A stretch of 64,000 nucleotides of DNA, counting the filler, from Rhizaria sp. SCN 62-66 (Eukaryota), in NCBI GenBank assembly GCA_001724265.1. It is 5 parts of 5 records of this genome, joined end to end, with 100 filler letters (N's around TTAATTAATTAA, not from the genome) between each part and the next. Parts side by side here need not be neighbours in the genome. Positions count along the whole stretch, not along the records: positions 1 to 17,585 come from MEDY01000531.1; 4 more parts are not named here. One strand, 5' to 3'. Positions 1 through 12,772 of the stretch are shown one piece after another. Each line of letters starts with the position of its first letter. The stretch's first letter is position 1. The translations under genes and the position numbers were made by a program. The notes under the pieces are model-generated. The model was given only the letters and a program-made list of their open reading frames with translations. It made no database searches and was not told the DNA's origin.

Positions 1-797
1 GGGGCGGCGGCGATTGGCAATGAATGGGAATTTCATGTTTGAGCCTCGGTATGCATATGCATATTTCATATGAACACTACTTTATATTCTCGACTTGAGT
101 ATATTGCCTCGACTACTGCCTCGATCGTTCCTATTGTTAAAATTGCGTTCTAAGTCTCCTGCAGTGCCTAGTTATGTTCATTCTCAAGAACCTTTTTGGT
201 TTTTACAACCAGCTTGTTCGTTATTTTTGAGTTATTTCAGGTGATTTGCTTGAAAAGTACTATTGCCGTTCGTGCCCAGACGCGCGGTGGCGATGCCTTT
301 TTTGTGCTTTGTGTTTGCGCCTTTGAAATATTTCTTTGTTTGTGTTTGTTTTTGTTAAACATTTATGTGTTTGTTTAACAACATGTGATGTCCTCAGTGT
401 GTGAAGACCTCGGGTACACGCGTGACTCTCTTTTCCTCTCGATCTACTACACAGTATTGTTATCCTTCCTTGTGCTCAAACACATGCAATACATCGTGTT
501 GGCTGTGTTTGTGAATGCGCCTAAGAAACGTGTAAAAAAGAGAAAAGACATCGGGTGTATATATGTGTTAATGTAAACATGTACGTGTGACGTTAAGGAA
601 AGTGGAAGGCATCATGCGACATCCAACAACGAGCAGCAAGGGAAGTATGATATCATGGGTGCATAGCCAAAATGGACTAAATACACCTAAACCACCAAGC
701 AACAGCTCCAATTGGCGTGAGTCAAAGCAGAGCACAAAGTACAAATCGATCTTCAAAAAACGAACAGGCGAACAGAAGAAAAAGAAGAAAAAAAACG

Positions 798-806
798 CAC
801 ACACAC

Positions 807-849
<43 letters not shown>

Positions 850-863
850 GCACGCACACACAC
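798..863. repeat. (CA)n microsatellite
   Basis: Direct CA dinucleotide run, pure from about 811 to 847, with degenerate flanks. Confidence 0.95.
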
Positions 864-1895
864 AAATGCTCTTCAGACACGAAAGAAAAAACAACATGGC
901 GACGCATGTGCTGAGAAGAACTACGACGTATAAAAGTTAAAAAGATTGATATGGAAATACAAATACAGCATAAAAATAACATCTTGTTGAGTCTTCTGCA
1001 ATGACAGACAGAAAATCAACATTGGGTCTTTCCTACACCGAATGAATATCACATTCGTGAGGTAAATGAGCAGCAAACATAAGCTCATATACATCAATTT
1101 ACCATCAGCTTAAGCTTATATATACAGGAACGGGTTAAAAATACACCAACCAACTTGAATCCAAACACCCACAATTCATTCCGACAAAAGTGTCTAATAT
1201 TCATAGAACTCGATAGATTATATGAAAACATTGCAACATGCCTCTGTCTTTGATATGAACTGTCAGTTGCGCTGTCATGCAGACGTAGTGCACAGACTAG
1301 CGTGACTGGTGTTAATCGCGTGGCCCGTAAAAGCGCATAAAAACGCACCGACTCACGCACCAGTCTGAATTTGCGGATACGAATGACGGTATTTTCGTAG
1401 TGCGATATCATACAATCTTGTTAATGATTTTAAAACGAGTGAAAACGAAAAAGAGTACGAATTTAAACAAACAAACAAACAAACAACAAAAAAAAACAAA
1501 AAAAAAACTGATCAACAAGACTTCAAATCACTTCAACACCCAAATTGGATCTTATAATCGAAATGAAAAATCATACAATAAAGCAACATACAAAATTTAA
1601 ATAAATAAAAAAACACTAAAACATCCTACAATACATCAAAATGAAAACTCATACACAATAGATCACATGTTCTTTCGACTCGTTCATTTAAAAAAAAAAT
1701 AGCGCAAAAAAAACGAGCGATCCCTAACTGAACTATAAACACACAAGCGGCAACTAGCACGGGGCCGCTGAATAAAAAGAGTAGTGCGATAAACTTTCAA
1801 ATAAAATTAAGAAGACATAAAACGGTGACTGCGATGGTCAGAATAGAGCAGTATGAGCACTTAATCTTTCAAACTGGCATTATTATCGGGAGCGA

Positions 1896-4800
1896 TTAGA
1901 TCTCCCACGGCGCCTTCTGAGGAAACCTCTTTTCATACATATCCTTGACGCCTCGGAGATATGCATCAGGCAAATCTCCATCTGAAGCATCATTGATGCA
2001 TGAAAACGGCCTCATTTCGCTCCCCGCCAACGTCTGAGACACTGCGCGAAGCAAACCGTTGACGTCGCGATGCATAGAGCTTGTGACGCCGAGATATGAC
2101 CACGTAGTGTCTGCATGCAAGTATCCGTGATACATCGGACGGAACGGCAGTTGTACATGTTCCAATACAGCGCGGCCCAGCGGCCAGTCGACGAGATCCG
2201 CTGGGGTCAAAACGACAGCACGGATGTCGACGTGATCCTTTGGCACCGAGCGAGCACTGTTTTCGGCACCAGCAGCGCTCGCACTCGACTCAAGCCACGG
2301 GGCCGCAGCAACCATGCGTGATAACGCGGCGTCGTTCGATCCGAGCGTGCTGAGTAGCCGCACAGTTGGGTTCGCCGGACCGCTCGTGCCAGAATGGTCG
2401 CGCACGGCAGCGGCTGCAGTCTGGGTGGTGGCAGCGGCAGAGCGCGGAATAGGGATCGCAGGCATGTACAACGTCGCAGCGCGCGCTACGCTCCAGTCGG
2501 ACGGCATCGGGGACTCGCGGGCGATGTCATCGCTGTCAGCGCTCGCAGCACTGTCATAAACTTGCGATGGAACGATACAAGTGAAATCCCAGTGTTCTCG
2601 CACCCCGCCAGCAGCGATGCGTCGCGCCACCGCAGCAGCAGCAGCAGCGTCACGTGCAGTGCGACAGAAGGGCCTCATAAGCGGTGCGGCAAAAGGCCAT
2701 TTGTGCGCGCGCTCACGCATCAACACTGTGACCAAGCGCGGATACATGTTGGGCACCGTAAAGATGTCGCGCAGCAGCGTTTTGACTTCATTGCCACGGA
2801 GCACGCCATCGCAGTCAGCATCGTGTGCGTTAAAGAGTGCATCGACGAGCGATGCCAGAGAGGGATGTTTAGCACCAGAAAGAAAGCCCGCGTTGGTGTA
2901 CGCCATCTGCATGTTGAGCGGAGCGCGGAAACGGGTTGACTCCATTTCAGCATATTCGTCTGCAGCAAGATACTGCAGCCGCGCATATACGTGCTTGTTT
3001 ATCGCAAACGGCACGTGTGGCGTCGTCACACCGACCGTGTTGACAGTAAGCTTCTGCAGTGTGACTTGAGAGCGCGTCAAGTACGTGTACCAGTCCGTCG
3101 CGGGTGGATCCGGCACAGGCTGCTTCGCAAACGTCCACCATACGCCTTGAATTGCCGGCGATGGTGCAGTGAGCCCGGTGGAGCGCTGAGCTGAGTCGAC
3201 GGGCCACTGTGCGGACGGGAAACGTGCAAATGATCGTACAGGCTCTGCGGCGACAATGGCAGACATAGTGTTCTTAAGCAATGTCCTCTTCTTGATGCCA
3301 TCTACATCCAAGTAGCCATGATTGTCACTGGGGTGACTGTCACCACGAATATTGCCTCCAGTCGCAGAAACCGATGCTAGGCCTGCACTAGAATTGTGTG
3401 TCGTCGTATGCGTGCCGTTCCGTGTTGTTGGCGTCGCGGCAATACTGTCTATCATCACTTCTTGAATGGTAGTAACTGCAGCTGCTGGTTGCTCTTGAGC
3501 CGCCTTAGTCAGCGCAATGACTGTCTTATTTGTTGCGCGTGCAAGCAATTTGCGCAACTTCAGCTCAGCCGCCCGCGCCGCCTCTTTCCCTGCACCGCGT
3601 GTCGTGGCCGTGAGCGTATCATAGTCATGCCGTACCCCGCTCTTGCGCACGTTGTAGGGCACTGCAAGCGTCATGCGCCGCAGTGAGTCTGTCACCATAG
3701 CAATCATCCGTGAGTTAAGCGAAAGCTCATCGGGCGGCTTAACTTCCGCAAGTCCCACGCGCGCAGGGTCAAACATCTCAACACGCGCAGCCAAAAACCC
3801 GTCAGCCTCAGAGGCTTCTGTGCGCGTGGAGAGTTTAGCAGTGGTATGCGTGTAGCCAAGTTCTTCAAAAAGAACGCCTAAAAGCGCGGAGATAGCGTTC
3901 TGCTTCGCGACAACTTTTTCAACACGCGCTTTGAGCATGAGCTGCAGCTGCCGTGCCGCTGCGCGTGCGTGTGCGCGCTGCCGGCGACGTTGGCGCTGCG
4001 TTGGTGAGATTTTCTTGTCTGTATCACGCTCATCATAACGGAGTGCGTCTTGCAGGATGCGCGCATGATCTGAGAAACTCAGCGCGCAGTCGCCACCGTC
4101 AAAGTCGCAGCTCGCCACGTCACAAGCCGCATCGCAGACACCGTCACGTGCCCAGGCGGAGGGGCAGCCAGGCGCGCAATATGCCGGCTCAGTCGTCATA
4201 AAAAACGGCGCAGCCTGACTGCGCGCGCGCCAGCCCTGGGCCACGTCTGCTTCTGCTAAAGTCTCAATTGCTGCAATCTCAGCTGCCGCTTTAGCATCAG
4301 CATCAGAAGACGTCTCAGCAGCAGCATCAGGAGCTACCGCAGAATTGGCATCAATACTGGTTGTGACAGATATTCCGTGCTCAGTCATATGATCAAACCG
4401 TGAATTAGGAGCATTGATGGTGGGATTATGTGCTCGGTTTCTGTTTCGGGCGCCCCTGACAAGGTCTAGATCCCGAATAACACTCGCAGCAATAACCTTG
4501 GCGTCTGTGCCGAAGCGAGATGCAAGCGCAGCAGCGCGAGCGATGAGTTCGGCGCGTGGGCGCGCCGTAGCCTCACTTAGCCCATGTGAGAGCATGCGGG
4601 CAAGCTCAACATCACGTGCTGCCTTGGCCGCAGCCGTCGCAACTGCAGTGTCCACAATCGCTGACGCACTGGCACTGTTTGTGGAGTCTGCAGTGAGAGT
4701 GCGCGAGGCGAAAAGGTGTCCGCCAACCATCGCAATGCGCGCGAGCACTGGGTGCGCACGCTGGCGTTGAGGCAGTTCGGCCACAGTCAGGTTCGCGGTA

Positions 4801-7800
4801 AATGGTGAGTAAAGCCCAGCCTCAAAGGCGGCTGCGCTGTAGAAAGGCGCTGCTTCACTTGCGTATACGACGAACTGAGGATCACCAAAACGATAACGAT
4901 GAGCGGCCGACACGCTAGAAGTCGGCGTCGTTGAAGCCGATGTCTTAGTGGCAGTCATGGTTGGACGTGTGTCCCGATTAGTTAAATACGCGGGCCTGTT
5001 CGCCGCTAGACGCGCTGCACGTAACTCTTGATCGGCGGAGTAGCGCTCCAAGCCTGTCACTGCACGCGCACGCTTCTGCTCGGCCGCAGTTACAGCTGCA
5101 AGCAGCTGCTCGTTCGTAAGAGGCCTGGCTGTCACTGGTTGTGCTGCTGCAGGAGTCGCGGGTACAGGCTTTGTTTCTCGCGTCGCAGCCCATGCCAGTT
5201 CGCGCGCGCTGAGTGGCGGTAGCGGAAGGCGCACGCGTGGTGAGGCCGAGGTCACCGTCGGCGCGCGAGACATCATCATAATCTGCGCCGAAGCCGGGTT
5301 TGAGGCAATGCTTTGAACTTGATACTTTAGTCGCGGTAGCAGCGCGAGTATATCGTCGTAAAGCTCCCAAGCCGCCGGCGCGCGGAGGTAGTTGCGTTCA
5401 CAGTCGCCAAGATCCCACTGGAAGAGGTCGTTCATGCAGCTCGGATCACATATGCCGTCGCCGATGCGCGCCATGTCGCAGCGGCCGACGACGGCGCGGG
5501 TGGGCGCCGTGGACACCTCAGCGACAAGGCCCTGCGCGGGCGACCAGAAACGGTGTTGTGGTACAGGCGCCGTCACAAATACGTCGTCATTCAAGTAGAG
5601 GAAGTTGTCAGAAAGACCAGGAATGCGATGCAAGACTGCCTCGATCGCATTACTCGAGAACGATGGGGCGCTAATCTGTGGGTTGGTAAATAACTCGTCA
5701 TGTCTTACGAGTGTGACCAATGGGTGGGACGTATTGAGCCAAGTTGGAGCTTCTCCAGAAGTCACCAAAAAAATGCGGCGCGTCCATGGCATATGTGTGC
5801 GCAAGGACCGCATTGCGAACTTTAGCTCGTTCACATCACGGAAACGCTCCGCGCCAGTAGTTTCTACCATTTTGCCCGTGGCCTCTTTCAGCTGCCGTTG
5901 GCGCTCACTCTCGCTGCGACGGGTTGATACAACATGATACGCTTCTGTTGCCGTCGTCACGGGCATATCGGACTCCAAATCAATATCACTAGTCGCGTCA
6001 GTGTTAGCTTCGTCGCCAAGCTAACCATTGGCAGTGGCAGTGTAAGCCGCATCGGCACGCTCCTGTGCCTCACCGTCCCGGGCCAGCGCGGCCTCCGCGG
6101 CGGCGGCAGCGGCGTCGGAGTTCGTCTGGCGCGCAAGCTCTTCAAGCGCGGCTACGCGCGCCGCGGCTACAGTTGGGTCCGAACCGTTGACCCACGTAAA
6201 GACGGCGTCCATTGGCTCAATGCAAGCGGAGATAGGAGCGCGGTAGCCGAGCTGCGACTTCCAGCCAGAGCGCAATGACATGGCTGATACGCGCTCACGT
6301 GCAACGTTGCCTGAGGGACTGCTCATTGCTAATGGCGTCGTTAGTATCGGTGTTGGCAAAGGATATGCTCGGCCGGCTAGTGTACCACTGTCATTGACGT
6401 TGTTGCGCAGAAGCCATGGAACATATTCGTGCAGACGCTGTGGGGCGAAACGCTGCTCCAGAGCGGCCGCTGAAAGCGCCGTGCGCCCACCAGCAACATT
6501 GTCGGTGGCACTGACAACAGGCGCAGTGAATGCGTTATATACCGCGGCATTGGGTCCAGCTAAAAGCGTAGCAGAAAGACCAGCAGGCTGTAAGCACGTG
6601 GGGTTCACTGCCTGAAGATCAAACCCGTTCGCTCCGTTGATGTTGCGGTGGTCGCTCTCGAGGGGCACGTGCGACATATCGCGGTCGCTGAGTGTGTAGT
6701 GTGTGGGTGCGTACAAACACTGTTTGCAAATCGCGGGGTTAATGCGGTAGCCGCCTTTAGTGCTGCGGGACAGCGTGGGAACGAATCTGAAATCGCTGCT
6801 ATCGTTGTCACCAGGCGAGCTCAAACCGACACGGGCACTAACGCCATGAGCAATGCTTGCGCTTGCGCCTGGAGTAAACGAGTTAGAGCTTGGGTTGGAG
6901 GTCGTGTTAGGAGAGGAAGCGAGGCGAATCCAAGAAGCAGGTCCGCGTGACACGCCGTTATGCGAGTGCCAGTGCATTGCACGCGATACGACACCAGGCG
7001 CATCAGCAGAACTTGCTCCGCCACGAATAGATCGTGCTAATGCATTGGCGCCTCCTGTAGTCGGAATTATATTGTCGTTGTCGCTGCCGATGCTTGTCAA
7101 GGGCTTCGTGATGGAAGGTGAAGCCGCACGAGTGGGCTCAGTGGCGAGAACAGGCTCCGGCAGCGGGCAAGAGCCAGGCATATACATCGGTCGAAACTTC
7201 CCAGGAGTCACTGTCGCTAGATCTGTCAGGGCGTCCGAGAGTCTGGGTCCGCTGGCGCATGTGGGGCAGGACGTGCGTGAAACCTCGCGCCACGCTGACG
7301 CCGAGACATTGGCTAGAACAGCAGCGTCCGCAGCGGCGTCGGCGAAGACCGACGGCATGCGACGCGGCACCGCGGATGCAAGCGAGAGCGGGCGCGGGGC
7401 GAGCGTCGCGGCCGTAAGCGGCGGCAGTGACAGCGCGGCGCGGGCGGCGGTGTCAGCCAGCACAGGGCGCTCGCCCGCGCGCGAAAAGACGGAGCACGGA
7501 AGATTCGTGTAGAACGGAGGCGCGAAACGCGGGAAGAGTTGTTTGAGCAGCAACGGGGGCGTATATACGGATGACGAATCTGTCACGGCGTCAACCTATT
7601 TCGTGAATTGCAGCGCTGAGTTTACGAACGAAGGATCTTGCAGGAGCTGCAACACGGCATCCGCTTCGATGTCGGTCTGGTTTGACTCGCCAGCTATATC
7701 ATCACCCGCACCGTCGGACATAAAGAGCGCAGACGTGGACGTCACCGAGTAGGCCGACACCAACGACGTTGTCGTCGCGCCGATGCCGCTGTTGAGGTAG

Positions 7801-8579
7801 TATCCCATGGCGACATCGACGCTCACAAAGTCGTCAGTGGCGTTGTAGTCAGCGTTTGTGTGTGTCGCAATCAGCGCAGCGTGCACAAGGCGCATCTCTG
7901 ACACGGCGCTGCGAGTACTACCGGCGGAGTTTATGGGCGCAGGCGCAGGCGCAGGTGCGGGCGCAGGTGCAAGCGCTAATGAAGGCCCGGGCGCAGACGC
8001 TGGCAATGGCGACGGTGTGATGGAGGGGACGAGCGATGGTGCAAGCGGAGGTAGAGGTGTAGGCGAAGGCACAGATTCGGGTAATAGCGCAACGAATGAT
8101 GCCTTTATCGATGTCGGCGGATTGGGGGAAGGTAATGGCGCAAGCGAAAGTGTGGCGACCGCGGAAGTTGATAACAGAAAGGAACTATACAGCGCAAACA
8201 TCATCACTACGCAGGCAAAGATAACAATCAGGAGCAGACGGCTGTTCGAGAGAAAAATCATCCTGGGGCATGGAATGCACCAAAGCACCGTGGTGAAGGA
8301 GGCCGAGCCGCTGTCATCGTCATGAGCGTCGTCCGCAGCAGAGGGAATGTAGGCGGAGTCGTGAGCAGCGTAGTTGAGTGCCATGACGCTTGTGTCCGCT
8401 CTATGAAGCAAGTCGCTCTCCTCAAGGCAGCTGTTGTCATCGTCATCAGCAGTGCCAGTCGGGTAGGATCGAGCATTAGATATGCTGATTAAGTCGCCAT
8501 CGGACGACTGTGCAAACAGGGGCTCGTTTGAGTGCGCCGCATCGAGGTCTGAATAGTCCTCCTCCGTGGTCCACGGCAT
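1896..8579 (-). CDS. GNPTAB: GlcNAc-1-phosphotransferase alpha/beta-like Stealth-family protein (~2227 aa, read through 2 in-frame TAG)
   Basis: Three same-frame ORFs (7596..8579, 6021..7586, 1896..5978) separated only by single TAGs. Domains in GNPTAB order: N-terminal TM (LLLIVIFACVVMMFALY), Stealth CR1 (MDAVFTWVNGSDP), CR2 (RFRDVNELKFAMRSL...PSFSSNAIE...FLYLNDDVF), two LNR/Notch repeats (IGDGICDPSC...DLGDC; RDGVCDAAC...DGGDC), CR3 (PHVPFAINK...RFR), EF-hand (DADCDGVLRGNE), CR4 (FSCIND...RFPQKAPWE). Ends in TAA. Confidence 0.88.
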
Positions 8580-9130
8580 TGGGAGGCGGTCAGAGGCGAT
8601 AGAGATCGCTTATGGAAGAATTTGAAGAAATATTCTATGAAACGCAATACGTATGTTTTGGATAAATTGTTAGCAAGATCAGAAATCACGTGTCTCACTC
8701 ACTGGGCGACTGGCAAGGAGTTGGAGGACGGGTGGACTAGCGCAATGACAGAAATGCATAGGATGGCATTAGGCGACAAAATGCAGCCCTCGCTGATTAC
8801 GGACAAATTATTGGATACAACACATTTATGTTACAGCGATCAAACGCTAGCGTAGTTGTAGACAGTCTTTTAAAGCTAAAATGTATCCTGGAAGGAGCAT
8901 CTCCAGTGAACCAACCGACCCCACTCAGCCACCACCAATCAGGAAAGTTGCCTGGGTAGAGTGAAAGCAAGGGACTTTATGCATGTAGCGGAGGTTCATC
9001 CGTCTTAAAGTGGGTGATATTTGCATGAAATTGCAAACCTTAGCTGTCATAAAAAAATTCATCACGCTGATGTGTACATGATGGTGTGTATGTACCCCAT
9101 TTCAAGCAGGGCAGCGCTGCGAAAGCCCGA

Positions 9131-9760
9131 TCAGGGAGTTGACCTTTGACCAGATGATGACATATGTGTTGTTGTTACACTAATTGTTGTTGTCTGCCCT
9201 GACAACCTGCCTGGATATACATCTTGCGTTGCTGATGTTGTTTGTTTTTGTCGGCACTGGGCCTGAGCCTTACTGAACCAAATGAAACGTGCGACCGTTA
9301 CTTCGGCGCGAAGCTCCAAAGAAATATTAGTAATACTAGTAATAGCAGATCTCTGTGCGGGGTAACAACTGTACAGTAACTTCTCATATACCAAACCCTC
9401 GCAATATGCTGTTGATTTTTGTCACCCTGGACATGGGTGGTACATTATGATACTTAAACCAACGATCGTTGGCAAGCGAACCCAAACGTTATTGTACATA
9501 TGACCATGTTTGAAAGCATTGACTGGGCTGTGTATACTCACATTACCATCAAAAGAAGTACTTAGTATCACATTGCGGTTGTTTACAGTCGTGTCCTTAT
9601 TGTTCCTCTCATCCAACAAAATGTCGCCTTCAACAAGGGCCACTTGCTCAACGTCGGCACCAGCGTCGGCCGAAGCCTGGGGCTACGACTACACTACAAC
9701 TGAGAGACCTTGTTGTAATGATATGTGAGCTCTTCGAATGTTGATGTTTTGTCCGGCGAG
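9131..9760 (-). pseudogene. Possible degraded coding remnant of unknown family
   Basis: ORFs 9422..9643 and 9131..9394 share a frame and are separated by one TGA. The same frame extends upstream through two TAGs (9683-9685, 9689-9691). No recognisable domain. Confidence 0.2.
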
Positions 9761-10402
9761 ATGTCAGCTTGTTCCACAATATTTGTTAGCTCTACTTTGT
9801 TTGATGAATTTCATTCCAGAACGTGCTGCGAAACACATCATCACATAATTTACAATATTTGAAATGCGATATTTCGTTACTTTGATTTTGATCGAAATAA
9901 AATGACTTTTCTGCATTAAGCGATACATTTAAAAGTGTAATTCATCTAAATATGACTAAGATACATCGATAATCCCCGGGTTTACATTTCGACTAACTCG
10001 TGACCGAATCGGATCACAAGCTTATTATCGTAGTCTACGGCAAGGTCTTCCCAAACATAAAACTTTTGAGCACTTTTGAGCTGCACAACAGGTGACCAGT
10101 ATGAAAATCGACACAGCATTTTGAATGTCTGTATCTACATACTTCGTCGCGTAATGTGTGTGTAGCAACTCCATTGGTACTAAAAAAGCAGCATCGATTT
10201 AGACTGTTGATAATACTACTTCTCTGTGTCAATTCATGTAACAATTCGCTCGCGAGCGTCACTCTACCTCTCTCACTACCACTCCCTCTTCTTCAAACTA
10301 CCACGCTAATTACGGACAGAGGAGAAAGGCAAAGTTCACATCAGCACGTTGCTAAGCAAGACTAAATGGCTGTTTAAACCTTAGTGATTCGTCTTTGGGG
10401 AA

Positions 10403-11917
10403 ATGTACCACTTTGGGGGGCGTGGGCGCTCAAGCTAGAGTGCCTACACGAACTTCCTCATATCTCGTCCACACTCTGCTAATCCCTTGAAATGGATGCG
10501 CATCCTCACAGCTTGCGTTCAAATCAGCATCGCCTTGCTTGTGATCGTATCTATTAGCTTTGTGTTTTATGGTGTTGATCTATCTCTCTTGCGCGTCAAC
10601 TACAGCGTCAACTCGTTCACTGCACGCCCCTTCCGAGCATTCGCAAACTTCACTGACTCGCTCCCCGAGCGCGCCGTGCGCATTGCGCCCTTGATGAGCA
10701 ACGACGCCGAACTTACCCCGAAGCAGCGGAACGCGTTAAAAGATGCCACGCGCACTCACACTACGGCGCCGTTTGCTGGACGCGCATTGGCTCTCGCTGA
10801 CCTTGATGTTCCGACCTGGGCTTCGGAGCTGTCGCCTTTTCATCCCGACGTTGTGTCCGCGCACAAGCATACGAAGGCGAGTGGTCCGACTGGGAAGATG
10901 CTCATTGTTGTTCCATTTCGTGAGCATTCGTTTAATGTAGTCCGTGAACGCTCTGAGCACGTCCTAATGCTTGTCGAAAAGCTCGACACGCACCTGCGGG
11001 CCGTAGGCAAAGTTCCCGGTCGCGACTACGCGACGTTGATCGTAGAGATGCACGATCAGGATGTAGCCTTTAATAAGGCATATTTGCTTAACGCTGGTGC
11101 ATACGTTGCCACTGCGTGGGGTTACGACTACGTTGTGTTTCACGATGCAGACTGCTATCCTGCAAGTCTGCAAAACACCTATGACATGTCTCTGGAAGAC
11201 GACTTGCCCGTGCACTACTCGCCCACAATCAACGGCAACTACCTCATTCGCGGTAGTCACTTTGGTGGCGTGTTTGCGGCGTACACGAAGACCTACGCAG
11301 AAGTAGGCGGCTTACCAAACAATCTATGGGGCTGGGGCTTTGAGGACAACATGATGATGTATCGCTTTCACCGTCACAAAGGCTTTCGCCGACTGAACAA
11401 AACGGCGGGCAGCTATGACATTGTTCTGCACGAACGACCGACGCGTGTCAATAGGCGCAAAGTGCCCAGTGCGAGGAACAATGCCAACATGCTCTACCAG
11501 GTGGTTGCGCGCGGCAAGTACCCCGCCATCGCGCGCGACGACTACAAGACGCTCAACGCCACCATGCTGCGCTACGCACCGATGCCCAATCTGGGTGCGT
11601 TCCACTGGGTGACTGTGAGCCTAGACTCGATGGCTTACAGGCCCGAAATCGAGGGCCTGGAGAGCGTGGAGCTCACGGAAGCGCGTCTCTCTGGAGCGTT
11701 GCCTTCACTCGAAGAACTCGGACTGTGGACCGACGGGACGCTGCCGATTGTACCACCACTGACTGCAAAGGAGGAGGCGCGTGTTCGCGCGTTCATCGGG
11801 CTTGTGAGGCCATTCCGCGAGCGGCAGGTGACGCGGGCTGGTAGGCTTGAGACGCTTAACGGAGAAAATCTTGATGAAATATATGCTGAGAGCAAACGTG
11901 AAGAGAATGTTGCGTGA
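10403..11917 (+). CDS. Glycosyltransferase family 7 (beta-1,4-galactosyltransferase-like) type II membrane protein, paralog 1
   Basis: Motifs IVVPFR, FNKAYLLNAG, VVFHDAD (DxD), FGGV, GGLPNNLWGWGFEDN and an N-terminal TM. Start placed at ATG 10403 by reading through in-frame TAG 10436-10438; the alternative start is ATG 10496. Ends in TGA. Confidence 0.88.
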
Positions 11918-12772
11918 ATGTTAAATAGCTGATACATTCTACATTAGATCTCAAAAACGCTTCTGAAGATTTTCAGCATGTTGTTGGAAGACCGCATAAT
12001 GATAAACTGCACATCAAACAGGAAGAAGCGTTTGCCATATTTATTGTACACAACTATGCTTTTTGGAGTTGTGCTATACATTTTTGTGAATATTCACAAC
12101 GATATCTAATTGTTCTTGAGTGGTTGTTGTGCTTTTTCAAATCGTCAGCATTCGTATCCTTTTATGATGCGTACTTACATATGTACCGAGGTATGTACGT
12201 ACAGTAGCATCAAAGTTCATCTTCCAAATGCTGTACTACATGTATGAATACATCTATGTCACATATTTCGAATAAACGGTTGATAAAATAAACCGGGTCA
12301 CAACATACTTAGCGAGTTCACGATTGACAGTGACAGCATGTGTGACTTCGTAAATGTGGGGGCATCGGCGAAGGATCTTCCTTCTTCAAACAAAGCAACA
12401 GATCATAATCAAACCAATGTGCGAAACGCACACAATGTCAAAAGTTGGCATCACAATAACTCAATTGTCTTCATTGTTTCCACCCTTGCGGCGCCTGACC
12501 GCAGCGCAATCGCAGGATTATGTCATGTCATGAAATCGTGAATTCGCTAAAATACATATACATATGTATTATGTATATTAGCAACCACTGTACGATCTGT
12601 ACACGATCCGACAATTTTGTTTGTTTGTGCAAAGTTAAACGTTAAGCTTAACTTAGTCAGCCTACTAGTAAGCTGTGAATTCCGACAATCAGCATAAAAC
12701 CGACGCATCACAGCATTTGACCGGGAAAAACACCACCCATGCATATCCATCCCCTGTGTTGCAAGGTGGTGT

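Noticed and set aside
568-982. Short ORFs with poly-HT/CV tracts
   Set aside because: Translation artefacts of the CA microsatellite.
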